Shown here: one piece after another, positions 1 through 14,100 of the stretch
How positions within the stretch are numbered: the stretch's first letter is position 1
Layout of the letters: each line of letters starts with the position of its first letter
Assembly: GCA_002633005.1 (NCBI GenBank)
Contig: NMRA01000132.1
Coordinates: 740,585-804,584 of the forward strand
Direction of reading: 5' to 3'
Source of the DNA: Phoronis australis
Taxonomy: Eukaryota > Animalia > Phoronida
Length of the DNA stretch: 64,000 nucleotides
Program-made: the position numbers and the translations under genes
Notes under the pieces: model-generated
What the model was told of the DNA's origin: nothing
Seen by the model: only the letters and a program-made list of their open reading frames with translations
Databases searched by the model: none

Positions 1-901
1 CTAGCTCAATTTTTGTACCCTGTATATGTTCGTCTGGCGGGTAGTCCCCACCACTGAAATTGTCTGGCAGTGGCCAATTTTGATACAGTGGATTACGTAG
101 TAGGTATTCAAGGCAGTTTGAAGTGGTTACCAGAAAAGTTGATCTAGCTCAATTTTCGAGTGTCATTCTCTTGGCTCCCCTGACCACACCCACCAGAGCG
201 AACCTGCCAGACGGCCATTTCCAAGCATCAGGATACCCATAGAGCACTGTGGCACCAAAGAAAATTGGTTACCTTTTCATGCCCAAAAAAGCTCTGGGAT
301 CCCGGTCTATGTAGCCAGCCCCCTATGGTCCGCCACCCATGAATCACCAACTGATTCTGAAGGTTTTACAGTTTTTGAATTATCAAACATTATGTTTTAA
401 ACGGACATTAAACTCCTGCTTTCTAATACTGCTATTAAAATATCGGTTATTAAATGGTTTCGTTTTATTTATTACTCCAACGGCGTCAAGCAGCAATTAC
501 CACTTCCTGCCGCCGCAAGCAACCGCGGCTGTCACCACTGGAAGCGGCCGCCTCAGATTGCCATGGCCCGCAATGGCTGCGGTAGGCGGACTCGGGCGGT
601 CGCTGCAGGCGCAGAGAGTCGTAGGTGCAGACAGCCGGCACAGGCGGCCGCTGCAAGCGTGGACGGCCGCAGGCGGCCGGCACAAGCACCGGCAACCGTT
701 GCTCAACCCTAGAATGAGGACATCGTCTTCTGTTTACCTACTATTCTAGTGGCACGAACCGCACGCATACTAAGACACTAGCTTTAGGATCTATGGAAAC
801 TTCAGAGCGGATCCAGGATTTTGAGTTAAGGTGGGGTCCAGGGCACAGGAATAATCAGAGTTTCGCCACATGCGCTCGCCCAGCATAAAATGTAGGGGTT
901 T

Positions 902-3114
902 TTGGCGTCCAATTTCACTATTGAATATTACTTACAGAATTTCGTCTGGTTGTATTGCAAGATGCCTAAAAAGCGACATCGGACCCCTTATTCACGAGAA
1001 CCAGCAAGGTTTCATGAAAGGCTGATATATTGGGGAAAAGAATTTTATATGATGTAATTCAATTCTTAGACTGTAAACCCTTTCCCAGACTCCTCTTAAT
1101 GATCGATTTTGAAAAAGCTTTCGACTCGGTTTCCTGGTCTTTCATCCTCAAGGCATTATCATACTTTAACTTCGGCCCAAGGTTCATTGACAAGGGTAAA
1201 ACACTTTACAACAAATCTTGTCTTTGTATTCTCCAGCATGGATTTTTCTCTTTTGAAATGGGGAGAGGTTGTCGTCAAGGAGACCCTGTTTCTCCTTACC
1301 TTTTTGTATTTGCGTAGAAATATTGGGTAATTTAATTCATCGGGATGGTGGCATCACTGGGATCAGGATAAGTGTTTCTGAGTTTAAATCAATCCAGTAC
1401 GCTGACGACGCTTGTTTAATTTTGGACGGTTCTGAGTTAACTCTTAGATCATCTTTGAATTTAATTGACCAAGTTGCGAAATTTTCTGGTTTGAAGCCAA
1501 ACATCGAGAAAACAAGATGTGTTTGGATTGGTTCAAAAAAAAACTCTGACGAAAAACTTTGTGTCAATGAGAACCTATTACGAACCAACAAACCGTTCAT
1601 GTTTTTGGGAACCATCTTCTCCACTGATTATAATGCAATGGCGGGTATTAACTATAGTTGCAGGCTTTTGGAAATTAAGAAAATGGTGAGCTCTTGGTCA
1701 AGAAGAATTCTTACTGTTTTAGGTAAAATAACGGTGGTTAAGACTCTTTTATTGCCCAAGATTGTTCATTTTCTTCAATCTCTTTCAAGCTCCTCCTTTG
1801 ACATCATTAAAGAATTAGAGCGAGTTTTCTTTGGCTTCATTTGGAATGGGAAGAATGACAGAGTTAGCCGAAATGAAATTGTACAAAATCAGGATCATGG
1901 TGGTTTAAAAATGGTTCATGTTAGTTTTTTATTAAGTCTTTGAAAATATCGTGGCTTCGTAAACTATTCACCTCAAATGCCATACGTGACCTTGCAGGGG
2001 CAGTTTTGGGTTGTAAAGTTGATAATTTTTTTAAAATGGGAGACGCTTTCCTTAACAAATAGCTGAAGGAACCGACAATCTATTCTGGAAGGAAGTTTTA
2101 AGCGATGTTGTGCTCCTGTTTCAAATGTGTGACAAAAATGAAAATACTATTTACTCTCCCCTGTGGTATAATTCAAAGATTAAAGTTGGTAGAAAATCTA
2201 TTTTCTACAAGTCCTGGTATGAAAGGGGAGTCTATCGTGTGTGTCATTTGCTTAATGCTGAAGGTTCTTTTATGTCATACGAACAACTTTGTAATAGTTA
2301 TAACTTTCAACCTCCAATACTAGAATTTTATGGATTAAGAAGTGAAACCTTTGCAGCGTACAGGGGTCTTAATAATAGACAAGACAATATCTTTTTACCA
2401 AATTTTCCAAGTTATATTTATAAAATTTTACATGATAAATCCCAAGCGGTAAATATTCCTGACACCTTAATACGTCTCTTCAGACAGCCTGTAAATATAA
2501 AAACAAATGGTTATCTGAGATAGATATAAACGATGTTATGAATAATGTAAATTTTAGTGACTCTGATACATGGTGGAGAAAAGTAAATAAACTCCCCTTA
2601 AATTGTACAAAAGATACAAAATTGCGTTGGTTTCAATACCGCTTAATTCACAAAATATTACCAACTTATAATTATTTACATAAAATTAAAATAAAACAAG
2701 TGATGTATGGCTCTTTCTGTGGTGAACAAAGTGAAACTTTTCTCCATCTCTTTTGGGAATGTCGTCTTGTCTTCGGTTTCTGGCTCCTGTTTGCTGAGTG
2801 GTTAAAATAAACATTTCATGTAAATTTTTATGTGAACAAGATAGAAGTGTTTTTTTTTGGTTTTTTGGGAAACATTCAGTCAGAAAATTGTAACATTAAT
2901 CTGTTGATCATGATAGCAAAAATTACATATTTAGCCAAAAGTTTGTTAAAAAAAATCTTAATTTCCAATTGTTCATTAACTTTATTAAATTACATCCTGA
3001 AGGAAATACGGTACTTGTTGACTAATGTTTTAATGTTATTCTTTGTAAACGATGTATACTGTATTGTTTTATGTGACATGTAATTATCATGGTAGAGCAA
3101 AATAAAAGTATGAA
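902..3114 (+). mobile_element. 5'-truncated, frameshifted L1/Tx1-clade non-LTR retrotransposon (ORF2 RT plus C-terminal Cys/His region)
   Basis: RT motifs split across frames: IHENQQGF, IDFEKAFDSV, GCRQGDPVSPYLF, QYADD, GLKPNIEKT, FIWNGK, GGLK, FQYRLIHKILPT, FCGEQSETFLHLFWEC. AATAAA and an A-rich 3' end near 3100-3118. Direct repeat AAAATGTAGGGGTTT at 887-901 and 3115-3129 (15-bp TSD). Confidence 0.92.
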
Positions 3115-4620
3115 AAAATGTAGGGGTTTGTGGACCTTATACTAAAAAAAAACTGTAAACGGGGTTTGTTCGAGGCCTATGCATTGTGCATTTCGGCCCC
3201 CCCGAGCCCCCCAGGGTGCGCGCATATATTAGTCAGCAATTCGCACCCCGAACTGCCAGATGGTATCTGGGAGACTTTTAGGGGGGGGGGGGGGGCATTT
3301 GTAACTGAACACGCCAAGTTGTCGATAAATGATGAGAGTCACGGAAAAATCGGACTAGAGTTCTCAGGTAAAGTTATGCGCGGATTGTTTCGTACTACTG
3401 AAACAAAACTATTCTGGTGTCAGATATATGACTTGCACCATAATGAGGAAACTCCCAATCGTTATCATTGAGAAAAGCGTCGCTTTATGGAACAGTAATT
3501 TTTGTTCATCAAGGTAGTTTCATTAGTATTCACCGACCCTCATAGCAGGGTAATGAAGGCTTAATGACCTGCATACAAAGAAATATTCACCTGTATTCGT
3601 TTCCATAAATGGAATTGCATAAGGGAGATTATGGTATTAATTACGAAATGTAATTCACTGCTTCAATTGCGCGACGTGGGTTAACTCTAAACTAATGGAT
3701 GGTAAATTGCACTCAGAGCCCGATGAAGACTTGGGAGGGGGGCTTTTGGACTTCATCAAGAGAAATGAAACTAATTGTATATACATAAAATTAAAACCCG
3801 GTTTTGATGATTTCAACCAATCCTCGTTCTGTCTCCTCCTCATTCATCATTGGCGACTGAAAACTCATACTCCCTATCTCACCAATTGGACATTATGATC
3901 TTTGGGGGGTGTTTTTCCCACAATTGCCGTGTAAATCGCTAACAGCGTATAGATTACGCTTGTCCGTTTAGCAGACTTTGAAGGGAGTTCTCAAATTTCC
4001 CTCCTAACATTTGATGGTTGTCAAGGCTTACACAGCAATTCAGAAAACTGGATGGGAAAGTCGTTTTTTAGTATCTGTTAATAGGCCAAAACCGGGTTAG
4101 GTATCCTTTTAACATGACGCACCCACCGTAACTGGCAGAGGTTGACAGTGATCCCACTCAGCCGTGGACGTGGAAACGACTGCGTCACTCAAAACTGCAT
4201 GTCGCAGTATACATACTTAAAAACTAAAATCGAATTGAACCTTTCACTCTCATAAACGCCGTGACATAATATCCAACAAAGTGATAAAGTTCCATTTCCG
4301 TTACCAACTCTAGACATCGGCAAAGCGTAGGTGCGCCATTTGTAAAGATCTACTGCAGGGGGCGCTTCAAAAATGTATTTTGCGAAAAGAGCAAACTCAA
4401 GATGCCAGAATGAAGCAGGCGATAAAAATATATTGAAGACACCGACTTACAACTAACAAAAATTTTCGCCGTTTTTAATCCGTCCTTTTCGAAAAATGCG
4501 GATTAATAAGGCTCATTTTACTTTGTTTCGTTTAACGGAATACAGCACGTCAAAAATGGTGGCTTATAAGAAAAATCTGATTTCGGACGAATAGAATTAT
4601 TTGCCGTTGATGAGACAAGA

Positions 4621-4868
4621 GGCCCGTTCCAAGAAAACTGACTTAGCTAAGACAAACCTTAAATTTCAGTCAATTTTAAGATAAAAGTAAAATTTGTCTC
4701 AAGTTCGTTTTAAGGAAAAGATCTTAAGTTTGACTTAAAATTTTTTGACTTAAGTTTTGTTTTGGTTTTGAGTATCTCTCCGGATGAGAAAGTTTCAAAA
4801 TTTGGAAGTTGAGACAAATCTTAAACTTACGTCAACAATGAACTTAAGTCAGTTTCTTGGAACGGGCC
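4621..4868. mobile_element. MITE (non-autonomous DNA transposon) with ~25-bp TIRs
   Basis: Left end GGCCCGTTCCAAGAAAACTGACTTAG; right end CTTAAGTCAGTTTCTTGGAACGGGCC. CAAGA lies on both flanks. A degenerate relative occurs at ~42634-42787. Confidence 0.8.
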
Positions 4869-5037
4869 CAAGAGCTGTAATTCACAAGACCCACACTTAT
4901 GATTAAGATACGACGTTACTGGGAAACGCCCGTGTTATTAGAACCCGTATGTAAACGTTGAGTTGTCTCTTATTTATTTCAAAGACGTTGTGTTTCATGC
5001 ATTGTACTGACTGGTGCTGAAGGCCATAGCTGCAAAA

Positions 5038-5101
5038 ATGTTGATGAAGTGCTTCTTATTCAGTTTCGTGTTGGTAGCTTGTGTTTGCTTTGCGGAGTGT
5101 G
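5038..5101 (+). CDS. Signal-peptide exon of the microexon gene
   Basis: AAAAATG start context. Basic n-region (K), hydrophobic core FLFSFVLVACVCF, small residues A-x-C at -3/-1. Ends G|GTAAGG in phase 1, which matches the phase of the microexons. Confidence 0.85.
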
Positions 5102-8100
5102 GTAAGGGGTTATTTTCTATTTCTGCCTTTAAGGTACAAGGGCCTACCACATGTTAGAGTTGGCTTACGTGGTAAATGGATTGTTTTCGTTGCATCTCGT
5201 AAAGGTGGGGGAAGGGCAACCACAGTATATGTCCGCGTAAGCCCTATGCTGCTTTGTTGTAGTTACTTTGCGAAATGAATTGTTATCGAGTATGTTGCTA
5301 TGTTCTGACGTTTGTTCGTTTGCCGTTTATATATTCGTTAGTACCCAAGCTACCCACCACGTGTATTGTCTGATGGACATAAAATTAACATAACAGGCAT
5401 CTCATTAATGTATCAAAAAGCCTGTAGTTTTTGTGGAAATCGGCCTCAAAATTGGGCTGTATGGGCCAATTTTCAATTTTTCACTTGTGGTTCTCTGAGG
5501 GATTCCTTTGAGGGACTCTGAAATTTAATAGGCCTATATGTAAAAGAGGCAGCGCGATTAAAAGGAATCGTCGGGGACTTTCACGATGTAATTCTTTCTT
5601 GGTGGTTTTTCCACTTAATTTAATTCGTTTATAAGTTATACACCCAACACAATGCTTATTTATTGAATTAAATTTGAAAAATATATTCAAAGTTACTGAT
5701 AACAATACACCTAGAAACGGACCTTTTGCAGTCAAGAGCGTTCTTTGGTAGCAAATCTGGCGTCGACTCAAATCAGCACGTCCGAAATACGCCCATGTTA
5801 TGAGACCGATCCAATATAAACCAACCAGCCAAATTAGAACTTCTACGTACTTGAATTAATATTCTGCCACCACTCCAACAATAAAACCCAAAATTTTAAT
5901 TCCCCACCCAACATAATGTCATCAAGATCACACATCCGATTTGCCATCCCCAGTCTTATTTTGATAGTTTTAAAAAACTACAACTACAGATGTTAAAGCA
6001 AAATATTGAATGACAATTACTCAAAGTACGTAATGGTAGTAGCGCTAGTTCTACAGCGAGTTCAAAGTTGAATTCATTGTAACGATTTTCAACCGATATA
6101 TTGAGTTGTTAATTATTTGCGACGACTTCAAATTCATTGTAATGTGTTCTCAACTCTTGATTGGGATCTGGAAAGCATTATAATAACGTTATAATTGAAT
6201 TCGAAAAAAATTTCAATTCTGTACTTTCTTGATATGGTGACATTTGTCTTTCAGCAACAATTGCCTCACGATTCAGTAACGGTGAGTAGCTTGCACATGT
6301 TGGCATCTCGTAGACAAAAATGATTGCTTTGATACAGCGTTGATCCCTATCTAACACCTTCATGGGTTTTAACTAAGATTCGCCTGAAGTGCGCCTCCCG
6401 TTTTGTTCGTTTTTACCGCATATTTGATCTATCGGCATTCGAAGAAATATATAGAAATTGTCAGTGTTCGCTAGTGGTTCTAGTAGAGGCAGTTGGTAGT
6501 TGAAGCAGAATATTTCATTAAAATATTTCACTTTTTTCTGACAATAGTAGCTATAGTATGAAACTTAGTAGGAGCTGCTGAGCCAATAACTCAAATTTGA
6601 GGTCCTATGAACATCTGACCCATAATAGTCGGTACAGTTACTTCAAATTTGCTAAATTGATCCGCGAACTCGTTGCAATGAGATGTGAATTCCTTACTTT
6701 GATTTGTCAATTCATAACATTCAATTTAACATTAGCATTGTAAACTGATTATTACGATTTAAAACTCTTTATGAGCTGTTCTCATTTTAGTGAGTTTGAA
6801 ATTGTTATAAAGTTATAACTTGAGTGAACGGCAGCGTTGGCTTTTGTATTATAGTAGTATATGCTTTGTTTGCTTCGAAGTATAAAAATTATGAATTTAG
6901 TTATTTCCCATAAGATGGCATTTAAATTTCTGTTTCAGCAACGTTTGCCAAACGCCTGAGTAACGGTAAGTCTTTTGTTAGGTTTATCGTAAGTTGGCAG
7001 ATGATAGATTAAGCTTTATTGAGCTCTGACAACGCTTATAAGTTTTGATAATTAATATCCCCTTTCGGATTGACAACCGCTCTCGTGAATGCGACGTCGT
7101 CTTCCTAATAAATATCTGTTTGCATAATTTTATTAAAATCCGTTCAAGAACTCGGAAGATACATCAGTAGATAACCGTGAGAAAATTCGCTCATGCCGTC
7201 CCATCCATGAAAGGAACATATCTGTAAAAATTTCATGAACATACATGAAGGGGTTTTAGAAATACACTGGAAGGCGGTGGACGCCGGACACCGGAAGGAA
7301 GGACGGACGGGAATTGACGGACAGACAGACGGACGGACGGGCGGACGGACGGACGGACGGACGGACGGACAGAGATAACGGCATAATGCGGCCACAAATT
7401 AACATATGGGCTTATAACAATGAGTTGTGAACTCTTTATACTGACTTAGAAGTCATTGGAATCAGTTCATATCAGATCTCGCAGCACTGTTGGGCAGATT
7501 CACATCCGTATTCAAAACTATAATGCTGCATTTGATGTTAAAAACCTGACGATCGCCGCATTTGATGTGAAATGTATATTGTTAATTCAGTCCTTTCATC
7601 ATGGTCCCATTTGGATTTCAGTAACAATTGCCAAAATATTCTCTAACGGTAAGTTTGTCATCAGATAGCCAAACATCGTTGCCTTGTTACAACGATGACC
7701 TCTGTCAAACGCCTCCATTCTTGTTTATTAATACCCGCCCTTGGTGTACCTGCCGTTTTCGTCGCGTTTACCGCATGCCCTATCTATGGCCCACCAACGC
7801 GGTTTCCAAGAAAAAAATTAAAAAGTGTTCGTGGTTGCTGGTGGCTCTAGCGAAAGTAATTGACAATTGAAGCAAAATATTTCATAAGGAATATTTCACT
7901 TTACTCTAATAACACTACGGAAACTTTAGTAGGATCAGCTGTGCCATGAACTCAAATTTAAAGTCATCTTAATAACTTCTGACACATAACGACAAGTTGC
8001 ATAGTCGGTATATTTGCTTCCATCTGACACTACTGCGAACTAGTTGTAATGAGTTGAATATTCATAACATGGAGTTGTCAATTCATTATATGAAGCTTAA

Positions 8101-11100
8101 GACGTGAAATGTGAGCGGATTATTATGACACAGAAACTCGATATAACAAGTTCTCATTATCGTGAGTTGGAAGTCATTATAAATAATTCTAATTTTAAGT
8201 TAAGGGCAGAGCTCACGTCACTACCTTCCTTAATATAGCGTTGATGGTCTGTCTTATTGGAAGTAAGAACTTCCCAATTCATTATTTTTCCATAACTTTT
8301 ATGTTTCAGCAACGATTGCTAAACGACTGAGTAACGGTAAGTCTTTTGCTTGGCTTATGACAGATTGCCAGCTGACAGGTTTGATACGAAGTTGACCTCT
8401 GGCAACGCTTATTCGTTCTAATTTATTTCTCCTTTCGCGTCAATGACTGCTCTCGTTTCTTTCTACTGCAGTAATTAAAACAGAATATACAATAACTATG
8501 ACTCCGACAATTGCGAGAAGATTCACAAACGGTAACTTGTTTGCAAAGTTTGGCATGTGATAGCCAAAACTTGTTGCCTTGTTTCAGCGTTGACCTTTGT
8601 CCAACGCCTCCATGTTTGTTGATTTTTATCTTATCGAAATACCTCCCCTTTAGTGTGTATGGCGTTTTCGTCGTTTTTATCGCATCTTCCACCCCTGGTT
8701 AAACAATGTGATTTCCAAGGAATAACTTAAAAGTGAAAATGTTTGCTGGTGGTCCTAGAGGAGAAATTGGTAGCACAATATTTCGTCACTTAACAACATC
8801 TAACAAATAATAACGAGTTGCGCATTCTGCTTCAATACAGTGAGATGCAAACTCGCTGTAATGAGTTGTGAATTCATAAAATTTAGTTGTCAATTAATTA
8901 AACTGAATTTAACACTTAAAATGTAAACGGATTATTATGGCTTGAAACTCGATATCAGAAGTAAGAACTCTTCAATTCATTCTTTTTCAATAAGACCGCA
9001 ATTAAATCTATATCTTAACAACTTTTGCTAAACGACTGAGTAACGATAAGCCTTTTGCATGACTTGGCAGCTGATACGTTTGATACAATGTTGACCTCTG
9101 GCAACGCTAGTTCGTTTTAATAATTAATATCTGCTTTCGGATTAACGACAACTTTCTTTTGTTTTTACCACAGTAAGTAAAGCAAAATATTCAATAACAA
9201 TAAGTCCGACTAAGGGTTCATTAGTTGCAAAATTTACTGCACGTTGAAGTTTGAAGTTTTTGGAACGATTTAAAACTGATAAATTGAGCTTCAAAGCATA
9301 ACCATGAGTTGAAAAATGTTTACGAAGACTTCATATTCATTGTACTGACTTCTCAACTCTTATACTAAGTTGGAAGCCTTTATAATAACTTAAAAACTGG
9401 TATCATATTTGGAGCACATCCACTTCCGTACTGGGACTACAATGCTGCAATTGATGAGAAGTGAAATTTTTCAATTCAGTTCTTTCCTGATACGGTTGCA
9501 TTTGTGTTTCAGCAACTATTGCCAGAAGATTCACCAACGGTAAGTTGTTTGCACAATTTGTGGCATGTGATAGCCAAAAAGTGTTGCCTTGTTTCAGCGT
9601 TGACCTTTGTGCAACGCCTCCATGTTTGTTGATTAATGCCGCCCTTTAGTGTGTATGGCGTTTTTGTTGTTTTTATAGCATCGTCCACCCCTGCTTAAAC
9701 AATGTGATTTTCAAGGAATAACTTAAAAGTGACAATGTTTGCTGGCGGTCCTAAGGGAGGAATTGGTAGCACAATATTTCGTCACTTAACAGCATCTGAC
9801 AATAAATAACGAGTTGTGTTCTCGGCTTCTAAACAGTGAGAATCGAACTCGTTGTAATGAGTTGTGAATTCATAACATTTAGTTGTCAATTCATTACACT
9901 GAATTTAACACGTGAAATGTGAACCGATTATTATGACTTGAAACTCGATATGAGGAGTTCTAATTGTGCTGAGATGGTAATACTTGTAGACAATTACAAT
10001 TTTGAGTTAATGGCAGAGTTGACGCCATTACACGTCCTCATTATAGCATTGATACTCCGTTTTCTTCGAAGTAAAAACTTCTCAATTCATTCCTTTCCAA
10101 TAAGATGGTATCTAAATTTTTGTTTCATCAACTTTTGCGAAACGATTGAGTAATGGTAAGTCTTTTGCTTGGCTTATAATAAGTTAGCAGCTGATAGAAC
10201 ATAAATAGCTTTGCTGCGATGTTGACTTCTGTCAATGCTAATAATTAATATCTCCTTTCATGTTAACGACCGCTGTAGTTTGCTTTTACGGCTCTAATTA
10301 AAGCAGAATATTCAATAACAATAACTCCCACGAAGGAATCGTAGTATTGAAAACTTTATTGAAAGTTCAGATTTGAAGGTTTCGGAATGATTTAAAACGC
10401 ATTGATTGAGTTTGAAAGCCTCATAATGAGTTGCCAATTATATTGGATGACTTTAAATCCACTGTACTAAGTTTTCAACTCTTTAAACTGAGTTGGAAGT
10501 AGTTATGTTAAGTTAGTATTTGAATTAACAGTTTTTTGGAGCACGAACACTTCAGTATTCGAACGATAATGCTTCATTTGATATGAAATAAAATTTGCCA
10601 ATTCAGTCATTTCCTGATATGGTTGCATTTGTGTTTCAGCAACAATTGCCAAAAGATTCACTAACGGTAAATTGTTTGGACACTTTGGCCTCCGATAGCC
10701 AAAAACTGTTGCGTTAATTGTTACAATGTTCACACCTGTCTAGCGCCTCCATGCTTGTCAATTATGACCCGCCTGTAGTGTGTCTCCCGTTTTCGTCGTT
10801 TTCTACCACATGCTCTATCTATGGTCAACCAACGTGATTTCCAATGAATAACTGAAAAGTGCCAGTGGTGGTTCTAGAGGAAGTAATTGGTAGTTGAAGC
10901 AGAATATTTCATAAAAAATCTCACTTAACTCTAATAACAGTAGTTATAATACGGCAAATTTAGTAGGACTAGCTGTGCCAAAAACTCAATATTTGAAGCC
11001 ATTTTAACGACTTCTGACACATATTGAAGAGTTGTCGGCATATTTGTTTCAAACTGGTACTACAGCGAGCAGCGAACACGATGTAATAAGTTGTGAATTC

Positions 11101-14100
11101 AAAACATTGGAGTTTTAATTAATTGCTTTGAATTTAACACGTGAAATGTGAACGGATTATTATGACCTGGAACTCGATATAAGAAGTAAGAACTCCTCAA
11201 TTCATTCTTTTTCAATAAGACCGCATTTAAATCTATATCTTAGCAACTTTTGCTAAACGACTGAGTAACGATAAGCCTTTTGCATGACTTGGCAGCTGAT
11301 ACGTTTCATACGATGTTGACCTCTGGCAACGCTAGTTCGTTTTGATAATTAATATCTCCTTTCGGATTAACGACAACTTTCTTTTGTTTTTACTACAGTA
11401 AGTAAAGCAAAATATTCAATAACAATAAGTCCGACTAAGGGTTCATTAGTTGCAAAATTTACTGCAAGTTGAAGTTTGAAGTTTTTGGAACGATTTAAAA
11501 CTGATAAATTGAGATTCAAAGCATAACCATGAGTTGAAAAATGTTTACGAAGACTTCAGATTCATTGTACTGACTTCTCAACTCTTATACTAAGTTGGGA
11601 GCCTTTATAATAACTTTAAAACTAGAATCATATTTGGAGCAGATTCACTTCCTTATTAAAATTACAATGCTGCATTTGATGTGAAGTGAAATTTTTCAAT
11701 TCACTTCTTTCCTGATATGGTTGCATTTGTGTTTCAGCAACTATTGCCAGAAGATTCACCAACGGTAAGTTGTTTGCACAATTTGGCATGTGATAGCCAA
11801 AAAGTGTTGCCTTGTTTCAGCGTTGACCTTTGTGCAATGCCTCCGTGTTTGTTGATTAAGGCCCCCCTTTAGTGTGTCTGGCGTTTTTGTTGTTTTTATC
11901 GCATCCTCCACCCCTGCTTAAACAATGTGATTTTCAAGGAATAACTTAAAAATGACAATGTTTGCTGGCGGTCCTAGAGGAGGAATTGGTAGCACAATAT
12001 TTCGTCACTCAAAGGCATCTGACAATAAATAACGAGTTGCGTTCTCGGCTTCTAAACAGTGAGATGCGAACTCGTTGTAATGAGTTGTGAATTCATAACA
12101 TTTAGTTGTCAATTCATTACACTGAATTTAACACGTGAAAAGTGAACCGATTATTATGACTTGAAAATCGATATGAGGAGTTCTAATTGTGCTGAGATGG
12201 TAATACTTGTAGAGAATTACAATTTTAAGTTAATGACAGAGTTGACGCCATTCCACGTCCTCATTATAGCATTGATTCTCCGTTTTCTTCGAAGTAAAAA
12301 CTTCTCAATTCATTCCTTTCCAATAAGATGGTAACTAAATTTTTGTTTCAGCAACTTTTGCGAAACGATTGAGTAATTGTAAGACTTTTGCTTGGCTTAT
12401 TATATGTTAGCAGCTGATAGAAAATAAATAGCTTTGATGCGATGTTGACTTCTGGCAATGCTAACAATTAATATCTCCTTTCGGGTTAACGATCGCTGTA
12501 GTTTGCTTTTACGGCTATAATTAAAGCAGAATATTCAATAACAATAACTCCGACGAAGGAATCGTAGTATTGAAAACTTTATTGAAAGTTCAGATTTGAA
12601 GGTTTCGGAACGATTTAAAACGCATTGATTGAGTTTGAAAGCGTCATAATGAGTTGCCAATTATATTGGATGACTTTAAATCCACTGTACTAAGTTTTCA
12701 ACTCTTAAAACTGAGTTGGAAGTAATTATGTTAAGTTAGTAATTGAATTAACAATTTCTTGGAGCACGCGCACTTCAGTATTCGAACGACAATGCTTCAT
12801 TTGATGTGAAATAAAATTTGCCAATTCAGTCATTTCATGATATGGTTGCATTTGTGTTTCAGCAACAATTGCCAAAATATTCACTAACGGTAAGTTGTTT
12901 GGACACTTTGGCCTCCGATAGCCAAAAACGGTTGCGTTAATTGTTATAATGTTCACCCCTGTCTAGCGAGTCCACGTTTGTTAATTAAGACCCGCCTGTA
13001 GTGTGTCTCCCGTTTTCGTCGTTTTTACCACATGCTCTATCTATGGTCAACCAACGTGATTTCCAATGAAAAACTGAAAAGTGCCAGTGGTGGTTCTAGA
13101 GGAAGTAGTTGGTAGTTGAAGCAGAATATTTTATAAAAATATCGCACTTTACTGTAATAACAGTAGTTATAGTACGGCAAATATGGCAGGACTAGCTGTG
13201 CCAAAAACACAAATTTTGAAGTCATTTTAACGACTTCTGGCACACAATGAAGAGTTGTCGGCATATTTGTTTCAAACTGGCACTACAGCGAGCTGCAAAC
13301 ACGATGTAATGAATTGCGAATTCAAAACATTGGAGTTTTAATTAATTGCTTTGAGTATAACACGTGAAATGTCAACGGATTGTTATGACCTGGAACTCGA
13401 TATCAGAAGTAAGAACTCCTCAATTCATGCTTTTTCAATAATATCGCAATTAAACTTATATTTCAGCAACGTTTGCTAAACGACTGAGTAACAGTAAGCC
13501 TTTTGCATGACTTGACAGCTGATAAGTTTGATACGATGTTGACCTCTGGCAACGCTTATTCCTTTTAAGAATTAATATCTCCTTTCGGATTATGGACCAC
13601 TTTCTGTTTTTTTTTACTGCAGTAATTAAAGCAAAATATTTAATAACAATAAGTCCGACTAGGGAATCAATGAATTCAAAAAATTACTGCACGTTGAATT
13701 TTGAAGTTTTTGGAACGATTTGAAACTTATTCATTGAGCTTCAAAGCATAATCATGAGTTGCCAAATGTTTACAAAGACTTCATATTCATTGTACTGACT
13801 TCTCAACTCTTACACTAAGTTGGAAGCCTTTATAATAACTTTAAAACTAGAATCATATTTGGAGCCCATGCACTTCCGTATTGGAACTACAATGCAGCAT
13901 TTGATGTGAAGTGAATTTTTTCAATTCAGTTCTTTCCTGATATGGCTGCATTTGTGTTTCAGCAACTATTGCCAGAAGATTCACCAACGGTAAGTTCTTT
14001 GCACAATTTGGCATGTGATAGCCAGATAGTGTTGCCGGATTTCAGCGTTGACCTTTATGCAACGCCTCCGTGTATGTTGAGTAATGCCGCCCTTTATTGT

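Noticed and set aside
339-749. 136-aa ORF and overlapping GC-rich ORFs
   Set aside because: Low-complexity CGGCCGC-rich sequence with no recognisable domain or splice structure; probably part of a repeat.
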